From: Mayamaea pseudoterrestris
Lineage: Eukaryota
Assembly: GCA_027923505.1 (NCBI GenBank)
Contig: BROI01000007.1
Span: 868,001-932,000, forward strand
Direction: 5' to 3'
DNA length: 64,000 bases
Shown: positions 11,455 to 23,432 of the stretch, piece by piece
How the letters are laid out: each line of letters begins with the position of its first letter
Numbering within the stretch: the first letter of the stretch is position 1
Notes under the pieces: generated by a model
What the model was told of the DNA's origin: nothing
What the model saw: only the letters and a program-made list of their open reading frames with translations
The model's database searches: none
Translations under genes and position numbers: made by a program

Positions 11455-12369
11455 ATGAGATTAATATATACATTGACGTTTGCAAAGATTGCGACGGCAT
11501 GGCAATTGACTGCCCCACACAATTACAGGCACCGACGACATGGGCGACCACTCCATGTCGGAGATGCACAAGGAGAGTATTATGGGGAGAGCGCGGGATC
11601 TTTCATGGTTCGCGAGTTCAAGTAAGTGATTTGATGATTGCGTCGCTCGCATCTGGGTTTCGGTGGTGTTTTGACATATGCCATAACTTAGGACGTTCTG
11701 TCAACTCCTTCCATTTCCTCGCTTATAGTTCATACGAGCAGCTTGAAGAGATTGTAAGTCTCGCCGCACAAAGTATGCCTCAACGCCCCGACGGTATCGT
11801 AACCGTTGCCAAATTCACATCAGCGTCGGACGACGGTTGTCGTTCGACGGAAGCAGAGTACGAACGCTGCGCAAGACGTAACCCAGCAAGTTTATTTCTG
11901 CGATGTTTCAAGGAGTACGAAAACAGCGGTATCCTATTCGGACAAGCTCAGGTCACTGTCTTGCCAACGTTTGACTTGTTCTATTTAGGTGAGCAACGAT
12001 ATTTGCGTCTTCATACAGAGAGGAAAATGGAAGCCATAGCACCTCTTCTTACTTTTACAATGAGCGCTTTTGAATATAGGCAATCGGGTTGCTCGGATTG
12101 AAGGATCAAACCTTGTCGAATTGGAAGAGTTGCTGAAGAATTACCAGTTACAAAACTCTTCGCTTGACCTGTTTTCCGAGAATTCACTTCAGCCATGGGG
12201 AGACGGCAAGGCAAAGGATCCTAGCCGGACTCCTAGGACAACTGCGCGATTCATCGTAGGATATGACTGGAACAAGAACAAAGGGTTCTTTGACGACTTG
12301 GCGGATAAAGCTCAATCAGATTTCGAGGCACAATTTGGAGGATGGCTGCCTAATGTTGAGGATGAATAG
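11455..12369 (+). CDS. Thioredoxin-fold protein without CxxC, probably plastid-targeted; exons 11455-11621, 11729-11988, 12080-12369
   Basis: Presequence MRLIYTLTFAKIATA-W; Trx-like pattern VAKFTS...C...EYER...FLRC...VLPTFDLFYLGNRVARIEG; splice phases join in frame. Confidence 0.65.
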
Positions 12370-12494
12370 TTGGCTCAATTCGTAACTGTTGTTCGACTAG
12401 CGATAATAAATTAATCATGCCGCTTTTGAAAACGATGGAAAATCATTAAAAATGCAGTCTTAAGATATAGCAATATATGCTTGCCAGCATGTGT

Positions 12495-14509
12495 CTATTG
12501 AATGGATCGCTTTCGCCGCCATTTGCCTTCCACGACGTTGCACCACCATGCCTTCGGCAAGTCTGCCATTTGAACATCTTCATCCATTCGTCTACCCACT
12601 AGCCGCTCATAAACATCGTCAGATACCATGGTCCGTATCTGAGACAGTACAAGACTGCCGACTTGCCCATCTTTGACACACTTTCTGAATAGAACTTCAG
12701 TGACCTTTTGTCGCGTGCTGCAGTCAGGTAAGTGCGAACATAGCCGAAGAAAGGTTCCATATGTAACCTGATCGGGTTTCGCATATAGTGTTTCTTCCAT
12801 TTCTTTTAAAGTATTATGCGCAATCTCCAAAGCTCGCCCCTGCTCAATAACATCGTCCGAGGTGAACGCGCAAGCATTCATGACCGCGTTGTATGCGATA
12901 ACATTTGGCCGCACATGCTTATTGCCGGCCTCATACAGACGCGTCATCTCTCGAAGTAGATTGTAAGCTCGTTCGGCTTTTCGAGGTTGCTGACTTCGGG
13001 CCCATGCTATAAAGACATCAAATGAGTTACACCAATTTCACAACAGAGGACATTGCACATCATACGGCACATGTAGCGATACGTACCATTGATAACGCTA
13101 CAAAAACTGTGAACATCCGGTCGAACCTCTTCATTGCCTTGCACGTGGAGTTTTTCCATCAAATCAAGTATGTCCTGCGCCTTCGTTGCTGCCTCGTCCT
13201 CTCTGCTCTTAGCCCATGCATTAATGACGCTATTGAAGGATCTGAAAACGCAAAATTGAAGTCAATGAGCACCCTAAACACTCAAAAAGGCAACTATTCA
13301 CGGCATCTAAATTTACCTTGCATTTGGTCGCAAATGTTGTGCTCCAGCCTCATACAAGTCTTCCATGTGCCGCAACACGGCCTCTGCTTTGCTTGCGGCC
13401 CCTTCGTCACCAGACTTTGCAAATGCGTCAATCACGGCGTTATAACTCACAACCGTGGGCTTTGCCTGCACATTTCCGTTCGCGTAGGCAGCCTCCATGC
13501 GATCCAAAACTTGCTCCGCCCGGAGTGCCGATCCAGCGTCACCGGCGTTCGCCCATGCACTAATTAATGCGTTGTAATTCCAAGCGTTGGGTGCTTCCAC
13601 CGGAGTCTTTCCTGGAGTTTTGCTAAACTGATCAGACAAATCTTGAAGCTGATCAAATATGGCTTGAGCCTTGTAGGCTTGTCCAGCCTTGCCACATGCG
13701 ATAATGGCAGCGTTCCACGCTCGACTCGTAGGATGAATATCTGCCTGTCCTTCCTTGTAATACAAGACAATTTCGTCGCAAAGATCCTGAGCTCGCTGAG
13801 CCGATTCCTTTGTACCCGTATGCGCGTGCGCCTCCAAGACGGCAGTGTAGCTGTATGTATTGGGGCGGATCTCCTGGTCTCGGACACCCAACGTTTTCAT
13901 TTTGGCCAAAACGTCGTCAGCTTGCTTCCCTGCAGACTCGGTCGGCGATCGAGCAATTACATTGATAAATTTAGTATATGATCTGACATCCAGCAAAATA
14001 TTTGGCAAGGACTCCATTGCGTCAAGTAGTTTGGATGCCTGCTCGACGGAATCTTTTTGCTGCGAAAAGGCCCACGCATCCATGAGGTAATGAAAGGTTC
14101 GTTTGAGTTTCCTCTTGCCTTGAGACGCGGGATCTGTTTCATTAGACGTTGCACTATGTTCCAAAAGTGACGCAGTCTGTTTTCGCAGCACCGCAACATC
14201 GCCAAAGGCAGGATTCTTGAGTCTCGGGCGAGGCGGCGGTTGAGGCATCAGTTTGAGTTTCCCATTCCGAAGAGGTGCATCATTTTCATTCAAAGTTGAT
14301 GACAGTCCCGTTCCGCTAGTTCCAGGCGAGTTATCTAATACTGTCAGAAATAAGCGTTGCGAGGCTTGCTCCAGTGTCGGCGCCATTGGCGGCTCGGCTT
14401 GATCTGCCAACCGAATGGATCGTCGTTCCTGTTTGCCCGACGGAAGATACGCCGTCGACGTCGGCAGCGACGACAATAAGAGACCAAGCAAGAGCGATCT
14501 TTGGGCCAT
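12495..14509 (-). CDS. Pentatricopeptide-repeat (PPR) protein, organelle-targeted; exons 14509-13317, 13241-13087, 13006-12495
   Basis: Multiple PPR motifs (PNTYSYTAVLEAHA, PTVVSYNAVIDAFAKSG, PNVIAYNAVMNACA); signal peptide ending STA-Y. Confidence 0.9.
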
Positions 14510-14859
14510 GATTATCACAGCTATTTCGAAAGTCGTTATGCAGAATGTCCAGCCGCTTTTCCCTGATGGTTGGTCTCGTGGCCATCACGAGATGCTGCTG
14601 ATGGCAGAAGGTTCTGTTCAGCGGATGCTCTCCTCTCGTGCGACCTCCCTCCGACTGACGTTCACCCGAGACCGATGCGACATGATGACGTTTTCGTTCA
14701 ACTTCTTTGTGCTTTTCGAACCATTCGATGCGCAGCTTCCACTTGCAACTGTTGAACTGCTGCACTTGTTCCAACCTCTTACACTATATTACACATGCTA
14801 ATTAATAGTAAGGAGCATATCATACAAGTTTGTCGACTGGAGATGATTGATAATTAGCA

Positions 14860-15513
14860 ATGCCAAATTTTGAAGACGAAAGCAGCTGCAGCCATACACC
14901 TGAACCGGGAACAGCGACACACAAACGAGCCTATAGTACCTATAAAATGCAGCCAGTCACGCCAGGCTCATCCTTCACCGAAAGCTTCAATTCTGAAAAG
15001 CGGCAAAAACTAGGCGATTTTACAAGCTACCGAGATCCATGCAGCCGTAATTCTCGACGGAACGAGTTTCGGAAATCGATCGACGAACCATTGGCAGGTG
15101 ATGCATCCTGTTGTTACGTCACCGCCAATGTAACAACACTGCCATTGTCGCAATCATCCTTTGCCTCGGACTCGAACATGTCCACTGACACTGCGAGCTC
15201 GCTTGATTCCACCAGAACCGAGTGCAGTGATAATTCTGCTGGACAAAATGAAATATTGCCTTTAAAATATCCACTAGGCAATGGTGCTGACATGTCCATC
15301 AACACAAGGAGCATTGCGAGCGAAAGCAGCAACCATTGGTCAATCAACAGTCTCGCTGATCGGATGGAGTCTTGGTCGCTAACGAACCTCAAGGCGTTGC
15401 GGCGAAGCAACGGCGACAACGCCAACACCGTCAAGCAGGCCAAGAGGAACGTCATGCGGGCTCTGAGGAGGCAAGTTTCGCAACAATCGATAGCTTCAAA
15501 TGCATGTCATTAA
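14860..15513 (+). CDS. Hypothetical Ser-rich protein
   Basis: 217-aa ATG-initiated ORF filling the gap between two genes; no recognised domain. Confidence 0.55.
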   Translation: MPNFEDESSCSHTPEPGTATHKRAYSTYKMQPVTPGSSFTESFNSEKRQKLGDFTSYRDPCSRNSRRNEFRKSIDEPLAGDASCCYVTANVTTLPLSQSSFASDSNMSTDTASSLDSTRTECSDNSAGQNEILPLKYPLGNGADMSINTRSIASESSNHWSINSLADRMESWSLTNLKALRRSNGDNANTVKQAKRNVMRALRRQVSQQSIASNACH

Positions 15514-15577
15514 AATGTAATTTATGATCAATCAATATCTACATAGCATGATTTTAAGAGTTACAGCTAGCTTGCTA

Positions 15578-16024
15578 TTACATTTCATCAACATCTCGCA
15601 CATGCACCCCCATACTCTTGGCAGTCCCCACCACAGACCTAGCAATACCTTCCAATGGCAAGTGCCATCTCATATCATCCTGCTGCTTGATTTTGGCAAT
15701 TTCGTAGACGGCTTCCGGAGATATAAATGCGACTGGCTTTTCGGGAGAATTGTTAGACGGCCCCTTGTCCATCCCAACGACTCGTTTAATGAGATAGGAT
15801 GTTGGTGGACTTCGAATGTCAAACGTAAAACTTCGGTCGCTCAAGGCGGTCAACTGTACGGTCAACGGAACGTCCTTTTCGAAGCGAGTTTCGGAACGTT
15901 CGTTGAATTGTCGGCAAAAGTCGGCCATGTTAATACCCAAAGGACCGAGTGCTTGACCAATGGCAGGACCTGGCTTGGCAGTGCCAGCAGGAACGCGGAG
16001 TTTCACGTGACGGACAAAGGACAT
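15578..16024 (-). CDS. MRPL11: Ribosomal protein uL11, bacterial type (likely mitochondrial)
   Basis: VKLRVPAGTAKPGPAIGQALGPLGINMADFC...SPPTSYLIK...VGTAKSMG. Confidence 0.93.
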   Translation of the reverse strand: MSFVRHVKLRVPAGTAKPGPAIGQALGPLGINMADFCRQFNERSETRFEKDVPLTVQLTALSDRSFTFDIRSPPTSYLIKRVVGMDKGPSNNSPEKPVAFISPEAVYEIAKIKQQDDMRWHLPLEGIARSVVGTAKSMGVHVRDVDEM

Positions 16025-16434
16025 GATGATAATGGTGTAGGGTTATCAAGAGCAAGGAACAAGTAGTAGTGCGCGATCAGTCATGGCGAAGCGATCGGAT
16101 TGCTTGGTTCGACCATGATGTCGCACCGGTTGAAGGAGTACCGGACGACATGATCGAGCTCATGACCGCACCTCACCCGCGGCCTCAGATTCGTCGCACC
16201 AATCACCGCTTGCCTTTCGAGGACAACAGAGATCCAATATACGCAATATACACGTCGAAGCATTTGCTGTAGCAATAATTTGACGAAGTTATTTGCAGGC
16301 TTTGACAAGAATAGTTTTTGCGAAATTTGGAGCTCAAAATCCTTGATCCATCGCTTAGTAAACGACGCTGACGATCGACTCGAGCATTTCCCTTCGCACC
16401 TGTTTCACATTCTTCCAAACAATCTTTTGCAACC

Positions 16435-17814
16435 ATGGGAGGAGCGCAAGACACTGCGGAGGAACTGGACCAGCAGATTGAAATCTTCAAGGTCAAGAAA
16501 CTCATGAAAAATCTCGAAGCCGCCCGCGGCAATGGCACCTCCATGATTTCCCTCATTATTCCACCCGGCGACCAAATCAGCCGCGTTTCGAAAATGCTGT
16601 CCGACGAGTACGGCACCGCCTCCAACATCAAGTCGCGCGTCAATCGACTCTCCGTGCTGAGTGCCATTACATCGACGCAGCAGCGACTGAAACTGTACAA
16701 CAAGTGTCCGCCCAATGGACTTGTCATTTACTGCGGCACTGTTATTACCGAAGACGGCAAGGAGCGCAAGGTTAACATTGACTTTGAACCATTTCGGGCG
16801 ATTAATACGTCGCTGTACTTGTGCGATAACAAGTTTCATACGGAGGATTTGCAGGAGTTGCTCATGGATGATGAAGCTTTTGGGTTTATCATTATGGATG
16901 GTAATGGCTGCTTGTACGGAACTGTGCAAGGAAGCAGTCGAGAAATTTTGCACAAGTTTAGTGTCGATTTGCCCAAGAAGCACGGTCGCGGTGGACAGTC
17001 TGCCCTTCGTTTTGCGCGGTTGCGTTTGGAGAAGCGACACAATTACGTGCGCAAGGTGGCGGAACTTGCGACGCAGCTCTTTGTGACGGATGGGCAACGG
17101 CCAAATGTGCAAGGCTTGGTACTGGCTGGTTCTGCTGACTTCAAGTCGGAGCTTATGCGGAGTGACTTGTTTGACCAGCGTCTTGTCAAGATTGTCGTCA
17201 AAATGGTGGATGTTTCGTATGGTGGCGAGCAAGGGTTTAATCAAGCGATCGAAATGTCTGCTGATGCCTTGAGCAATGTCAAACTCATGAAAGAAAAGAA
17301 GTTATTACAACGCTTCATGGAGGAAATATCGCAAGACACGGGTCGATACTGCTTCATGGTGCAGGATACGCTCAAGGCACTGGACCTTGGAGCTGTCGAA
17401 GACTTGATTGTCTGGGACAACTTGGAGACTAATCGATTTGTACTACGAAACCAGTCGTCTGGAATTGAAAAGGTGGTGCACTTGAATAAGGAAGAGGAGC
17501 AGAATCAAGATCATTTTCGCGACACTGATGGCGCCGAGCTAGAGACAATTGAGAAGGAACCATTGGTCGAGTGGATGGCCAACAATTACAAGTCCTTTGG
17601 TTGCAATCTGGAGTTTGTGACTGATCGATCTGGCGAAGGGACACAGTTTGTCAAGGGCTTTGGCGGCATTGGAGGTATTCTTCGATGGAAGGTTGACTTT
17701 GTAGAAATGCAGCAATTTGACGAGGCGGATCAACTTGGCGATGACAGCGACGATGATGAAAACAAGCAAGACTCGGATGGCTATGATTTCGATGATGGTG
17801 ACTATGGATTTTAA
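16435..17814 (+). CDS. eRF1: Eukaryotic peptide chain release factor subunit 1
   Basis: GTSMISL, TASNIKS, YLCDNKF and GRGGQS motifs; intronless, 459 aa. Confidence 0.98.
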   Translation: MGGAQDTAEELDQQIEIFKVKKLMKNLEAARGNGTSMISLIIPPGDQISRVSKMLSDEYGTASNIKSRVNRLSVLSAITSTQQRLKLYNKCPPNGLVIYCGTVITEDGKERKVNIDFEPFRAINTSLYLCDNKFHTEDLQELLMDDEAFGFIIMDGNGCLYGTVQGSSREILHKFSVDLPKKHGRGGQSALRFARLRLEKRHNYVRKVAELATQLFVTDGQRPNVQGLVLAGSADFKSELMRSDLFDQRLVKIVVKMVDVSYGGEQGFNQAIEMSADALSNVKLMKEKKLLQRFMEEISQDTGRYCFMVQDTLKALDLGAVEDLIVWDNLETNRFVLRNQSSGIEKVVHLNKEEEQNQDHFRDTDGAELETIEKEPLVEWMANNYKSFGCNLEFVTDRSGEGTQFVKGFGGIGGILRWKVDFVEMQQFDEADQLGDDSDDDENKQDSDGYDFDDGDYGF

Positions 17815-17879
17815 TCTGTATGTACTTTAATTCTAGATACCCGAGTAGACTGCTTACTGGCACAAGAGTATACCGTTCG

Positions 17880-18036
17880 TTTTAGCATGCTGGTGCAATA
17901 GCGCAACCATCGATTAGCCACGTCGTAAAGCGACTCAGGGTCATTGCGGGGGGAACCCCCGCTCTTCCTCTAACCCGCGCGAGCGGGTGATCACGGGACT
18001 GGATTGAACTGGGTCGTGCCGCATCCCATGCTAAAA
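17880..18036. mobile_element. Short element with 10-bp inverted termini and internal GC hairpins (MITE/Helentron-like candidate)
   Basis: ttttagcatg...catgctaaaa; internal gcggggg-gaa-cccccgc and acccgc-gcga-gcgggt. Confidence 0.35.
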
Positions 18037-19272
18037 AGCGCGGTTCCTTGGTCTCCGGGTTGGTTTGGCCGATTTTCATGGCATCGCCACTTTTACGGTC
18101 GAATTGAGGGACCAAGGAGGCATTCCATTGCAACCAGCAAGATGTCATGAGAACCACAAGGAAGCAGGGAATATGATTCCGTTCAAATTGTTGCCGCGGG
18201 ACCAAAATTGAGTGAATGACGCGTTTCCATTTGAACGAGGTGCAAACTGGTCAAATCTTCAATCGTCGACGCGACGACCTTAACATGCATGCTTTTGGCT
18301 GAAACAGGCGCAATATACCATATAATATATACTTGATACAATGGAAGAGTCAGTAGCCTGGTGTTATTGTTCTAGCCAAAGTTGTTGCAGTGTTTCTGTC
18401 GAGATGATCTGAGTCAATTTGCAAGAATCGCCCCAGCACGACCAAAAGTAAAAGTTATTTCGACATTTTTTACCATTGCATTCTTCGTTAATTAACGTAG
18501 ACGATGGTATGCTCAGATTCTCTGTATCGTCATTCTGGATCGAGTTTGATCCCAGAGAAGCACGACCATGCGTCTGTTCGTGCTCATTTAGAGCCGATGC
18601 GACACGCATTCGGTTCATGCATTGGGGCATCGGCACGTACCGGTACTCGATTAGCTACTTTAGCCATGCCTACTGGTTGTCAATAGCAATAGCCATGCCT
18701 ACCGGTAGTCAATAGCATGAACGATACAATTGTAGTAACACAGCTGTATTGCTTTTGGAGGAATGAGTATGGATGTTAACGCTAGAAATGTTGCATCCTT
18801 GGGCGCCTTCAATATCTTGCAATGGGATCCTTGCCGGTGGTTAGCAAGCTGCCATCCGCGACACTGGTTTTCAATGTCCCGCCAGCCTGGTATTCTCAAA
18901 GTATAGTTCATTGGTGAATAATTATACATTTCAGCTTGCTTTTCGCTCTCTTATTTTGTTCGTCAATTCTTTCAGCTTCTGCCATTTGAGCTTGCTGTTA
19001 GTTTGTCGCCTTGCAGCTTATGCCAAGCATACAAGTTTGCCCCCCGCAACTTGCCGTAGGTAACCATTTATATTCGAGGCGCGCGCGCTCGCTTCGCGGT
19101 CATCGTTCCACAGGGTCACACGACTGCTAAACCGAGACCATCAAGGAGGAGGATCGAGGTGCCGGAGAAGAGACGATAAGAGGTTGTCGTCGAGAGGAGT
19201 ACGCTAGCAAAGTTGTTCGCCGTTCTTTTTTGCCAGATCTCAAGCCACTACAGTTCACAGTATTTGAACATC

Positions 19273-19987
19273 ATGCCCCGACCGACCCTGACATCCGGCA
19301 CAAAGCCTGGAGACTCGGCCACGGACACCAATCAGCTGACGCGAGAATTTACGGAGACTGAGATAGACGAGTTCAAGGATGCCTTTGCCATGTTTGACGT
19401 GGACGGAGGCGGCACCATTGAGTCGCACGAGCTGCGAGAAGTCATTACGCAACTAGCTGGGGAGAAACCTACTGATGAGGTACGTGTGAGCAATGAGTCT
19501 GTACTCGAGTTTAAGGCCGATTAAAAACACTCACAATCCATATTCTGCTGAACTGATTAAATGACAGGAAATTCAAGAAATGATTGATTTGGTCGATGCC
19601 AACGGGGATGGAATGATCGACTTTGATGAATTTGTGACGCTCATGAGGTTGCGCATGGGTGACAGTGGAGAAGATGCCGAATTGAAGCTAAAGGAAGTTT
19701 TCGACGTATTTGATGCCGACGGCAGTGGTGCCATTGACAGAGATGAGATGCGAGCACTCATGAAGAAGCTGGCACAGAGTCTCACTGAAGAAGAGGTACG
19801 TTTGTTGGTGTAGTGATGAGGAAAATATGCTGGCTTCATCTGTGGCGTTTCCATCGTGCTTCGCAAGCTCGCAACCTCGTATATTAACTCTCATTTCATG
19901 CAGATAAGTGCCATCATGGAAGAAGTTGATATTGACAAGGATGGAGAGATATCTTATGACGAATTCAAGGCATTAATGTTAAATTAG
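19273..19987 (+). CDS. Calmodulin-like 4-EF-hand protein; exons 19273-19479, 19568-19795, 19904-19987
   Basis: EF loops DVDGGGTIESHE, DANGDGMIDFDE, DADGSGAIDRDE and DIDKDGEISYDE. Confidence 0.92.
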
Positions 19988-20527
19988 AACCCGCGCCAGC
20001 ATCCTTGCCCGCTTTTGCGCTAAGGCGTCACTTGTTCCTCCCCTTTCCATGTAAAATGTTGAATAAACATTTCAGCTTGTATTCATCGTGACTTACTTTG
20101 TGCGCATACGACTGTTTAGAAAGACGCGGAACATTGATTGTTGTACCCAGTCCCAGCCATGCTCCAAAACCAGTTATATTGTCTGGGAGGACTTTCCTTC
20201 TCTCCTTCTCCTATCAGCTTTGGTTGGAACGTTATAAGATGCTCGAGAGTGGATCCAATGCACCTGATACCTGAATCAATCGCACGATACCGCGGTACGG
20301 ACGCGAAGATTTCAGCAATTCCCGCTGCGATTTTTTAACAGTCTCGGTAAGACACTGACGACGCTCGCCGCGATGACGATGGCAAATGTTCCGTCGCTGA
20401 TTCATTGAAGGCAGGCAGGAGCCATAATTGGGCAGTCAACGTAGCTGGGCAGTCAATGGAAAGAAGTATTTGCTAAATGATGGTCTTGGGCAAAGCAAAG
20501 ATGTCGAATGGCTACTTCAACAGAAGA

Positions 20528-21211
20528 ATGTCACGCATAAGGCAACCTTTGTTGTTCCGACGCCTGCTGGTGCTAACTTTCGTAGCATCATTCCAACAAT
20601 TGTCACATGCATTCATGAGGCAAGGCCTGCCGGCAGCCAGGACCTTCATGTCCAATAGAGTTTTGCAAAGTGTCGATCCTGCGTTTGCAAACGAAGGCAA
20701 CGACACCATTGTCACCCGAGAAATGTTCATGAGAGATTTGTTGGAGGACCCCAAGGTCAAACGAAAGAGCAAGGGCGGCTACAAGGTTCTTGACAACAGA
20801 GACAGCCTTCCATATCAAGTGCAAGTGAACACACCTGATCCATACACTCATCCTGACGTCAAACGAAAGAATGCCAAGAAGCTTCGAAAGCGACTGGATT
20901 CCGTTGAGGAAGGCATTGCTAGCAGCTTGTTTACGTCGACCGGCAAAAATGGTGGATCTGACGACATGACGTTACTCGGCGAATACAATCTTGACAAGCT
21001 CACAACCACTGGTGATCTCATTGAGATTGGAGACATGGAGTATCGAGTGGTACGGCACAAATGCCAGTATAGGTATGCTGGCGGCAAGCGATTCGTCATG
21101 GTTCGAAAGATTCTTCAGGTCACAGAGGTTGGTCGGTTACAGACGGAAGAGTATCTCAAACGGCAATGGAAGCAAAGTGGAGATAATGACAATCTGCCTG
21201 TTCTTGAATAG
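20528..21211 (+). CDS. Hypothetical protein, probably plastid-targeted
   Basis: Hydrophobic LLVLTFVASF followed by SHA-F; globular-looking C-terminus; start codon uncertain (20477/20504/20528). Confidence 0.65.
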   Translation: MSRIRQPLLFRRLLVLTFVASFQQLSHAFMRQGLPAARTFMSNRVLQSVDPAFANEGNDTIVTREMFMRDLLEDPKVKRKSKGGYKVLDNRDSLPYQVQVNTPDPYTHPDVKRKNAKKLRKRLDSVEEGIASSLFTSTGKNGGSDDMTLLGEYNLDKLTTTGDLIEIGDMEYRVVRHKCQYRYAGGKRFVMVRKILQVTEVGRLQTEEYLKRQWKQSGDNDNLPVLE

Positions 21212-21781
21212 CAAGGCGTTTGTGTAAGGGTGCCCCAAAGGTTACTGGTATGGCATCGGTGTGCATGTGGCGCTTCAATCTGAACTTTAGCTTTGCCGAA
21301 TACGGTTACATAGAAAGCTGCTGCTCCGATAAAAATGACCCAAAGCTTCTGTAGTGTATTTACTCAATTCGCGCGTCAGTTTGTATCGCTTGTAGGAAGC
21401 GACATACCGGCACAAGAAGCGCAAGAAAACGGATGATGGGCTTGGCGCGACTCGTGCCTACCGGCAGTGGCTGAAAAACGCCATCGCGCCCCGATACATC
21501 ACTCGCTCAGCGCCTCGTTCGACTCATTGTTTCCGCCAAGGTGGTGAGCGGAGCCGAAACCTTGTGCAGCCAAAATAACATGATGAGCACTCACACCATA
21601 TGAGTACCATCGATCGCTAGCACGCTCAAAAGAAAAAATGTTATCGTGCGTAAAAGAAAAGTAAAAGCTTCTCGACACTATTAATCTACTGGAGTAGGAG
21701 GACGTCTTTCGGTCGATACATGGTAGAGCTACCAAAAGTACCGGTAGCTAGTACTCTACTGTAGTATAATACTAGCACTAG

Positions 21782-23048
21782 GGTAGTTCCAGAACAAGTT
21801 TTCCCGGCAATTTAAGATTCGGCCGAACCTTGCGAAATATCAGTGCAGGTGGAAAGGCAATTGGGCCAGTTGGCTCGCCAGCTGATGCGAGAGAAGGCGC
21901 GTCACCCGTCCAGTCGCGCGAAAACAAATGACTCCTTCAACCCTGCGACGAAATTAACCAATCAAACCTGTCCACGCCATGTTTCGAGTGCAACGCTTTG
22001 ACCCACCAACGGAAGAGCATCCGATGCAAGGCCTCGTCAGCAATGCTTTGGTTCGCCTCATCGGTCGTCGACAAGCAATTACTTTTTGCGCCCGATTGAT
22101 AGCACCGTTACTTGACCAGTACGTGCAGTTATTGTAAATCATCATCATTGCTTCGATTGACAGATTGATTGACAGACGAGCCACCTGCCGACACAAAAGA
22201 ACAAACACAATCATGGAGACACCTCAAAGAAGCAAAGCCATCTTTCAAGGCTCGTCGACTTGCTGCTACGGTTCACCTCCGCTCTGTTTCGGTCGTTCCC
22301 AGTCCTATGGCGATTCATCACACCACATGCTCATGTCGGTCGATGGCAGCAGCAGTCGCGACACGGACATGCAGCATGTCATGACTCAAATGCGAAACGT
22401 ACAGCTCGAGGAGACCAAGGTGGAAGAAACCTTGTGGCAGCCGCCTCCTCCCTTTGAAACTCCGGAGCATCATCATCAAAGTCAAGTTCACTCGCAGCAG
22501 CGTCTCCCGTTTCAAGCGTTTGCCTTTAACCGACGACCCCGGCAGCATGACGACGCTTGTTTTCCATTGTCTCCTCCGCTGAACCTTTCGCATCGACATG
22601 CCGCTGAAAACGTCAAGCCGTCTCATCATCATGACGTTGGACTCTTGCCGCAGCAGGAACGAACGCGAAGCAATAGTTTCTTGGTGCACAATGCTCCCTT
22701 GCTTCCGGCGAGTCCCGACTTGGACTTGTGCGGGCGTGACGTCTTGGGCCGGAGCAATCAACCCTGACGCGGCCACCATTTGCATCGATGCCCTTCCAAA
22801 AGTGCTCGACGCGTTGACACTCGAAACAACGTTTGCGCGTGGAGCAGGTTTCCACGATTGACAGTTACATTTCGTCACAGTGATACCTGAACGATACGTC
22901 TCGCGCGATCTGCAGCCATGACGCCTCTACTAACTCTATTGCATCAGCTGGCGAGCCAACTGGTCCAATGGCCTTTCCACCTGCGCTGATATTTTTGTTG
23001 GGTTCGGCCGAATCTGAAATTGCCGGGAATACTCGTTCTGAAACTACC
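21782..23048. repeat. ~107-bp inverted repeat pair (21782-21888 and 22941-23048) enclosing a gene
   Basis: ggtagttccagaacaagttttcccggcaatttaagattcggccgaacc...ggctcgccagctgatgc matches the reverse complement of 22941-23048, roughly 85-90% identical by eye. Confidence 0.9.
22213..22767 (+). CDS. Hypothetical His/Gln/Pro-rich disordered protein
   Basis: ATG after an A/C-rich leader (acaaacacaatcATG); 184-aa ORF. Confidence 0.55.
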   Translation: METPQRSKAIFQGSSTCCYGSPPLCFGRSQSYGDSSHHMLMSVDGSSSRDTDMQHVMTQMRNVQLEETKVEETLWQPPPPFETPEHHHQSQVHSQQRLPFQAFAFNRRPRQHDDACFPLSPPLNLSHRHAAENVKPSHHHDVGLLPQQERTRSNSFLVHNAPLLPASPDLDLCGRDVLGRSNQP

Positions 23049-23432
23049 GGTATGTATGTAGGTAGCGGGCGAACCTTGTTGCGATTTGAATGGCATGCTA
23101 TCTCAATTTGCATGTTACTGCATTGATATTGTTGTTGTTTTAGACTAACTGCAAGAAATTCAGAAAAGTCCTATTACCGGATTTACTCGTTCCAACAGCG
23201 TTGAGCAAGTAGAAGTAGCACGCTTTAGCGCATTCCTATAAATGGATAGCTAAACTCGTATCGGTACTCACTGTGACATGAACGGAACGAGGCGCGCCAC
23301 GAGCCATTGGTCGACGTTCCATAATCACTCATCCGACAGTCTATCTCAGACACATCCTGTTACAATAGCTTGAGACCATCCAATTTGATCGCTTAGCACA
23401 TCATAGAACCTGTATCTTTTTCATCATTCAAG

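Noticed and set aside
16435..17814. Variant genetic code suggested by eRF1 changes
   Set aside because: GTS, TASNIKS and YxCxxxF motifs are canonical, and genes here end in TAA, TAG and TGA
15578..17814. Functional uL11-release factor pairing
   Set aside because: The products act in different compartments (organellar ribosome versus cytosol); head-to-head layout is common in compact genomes
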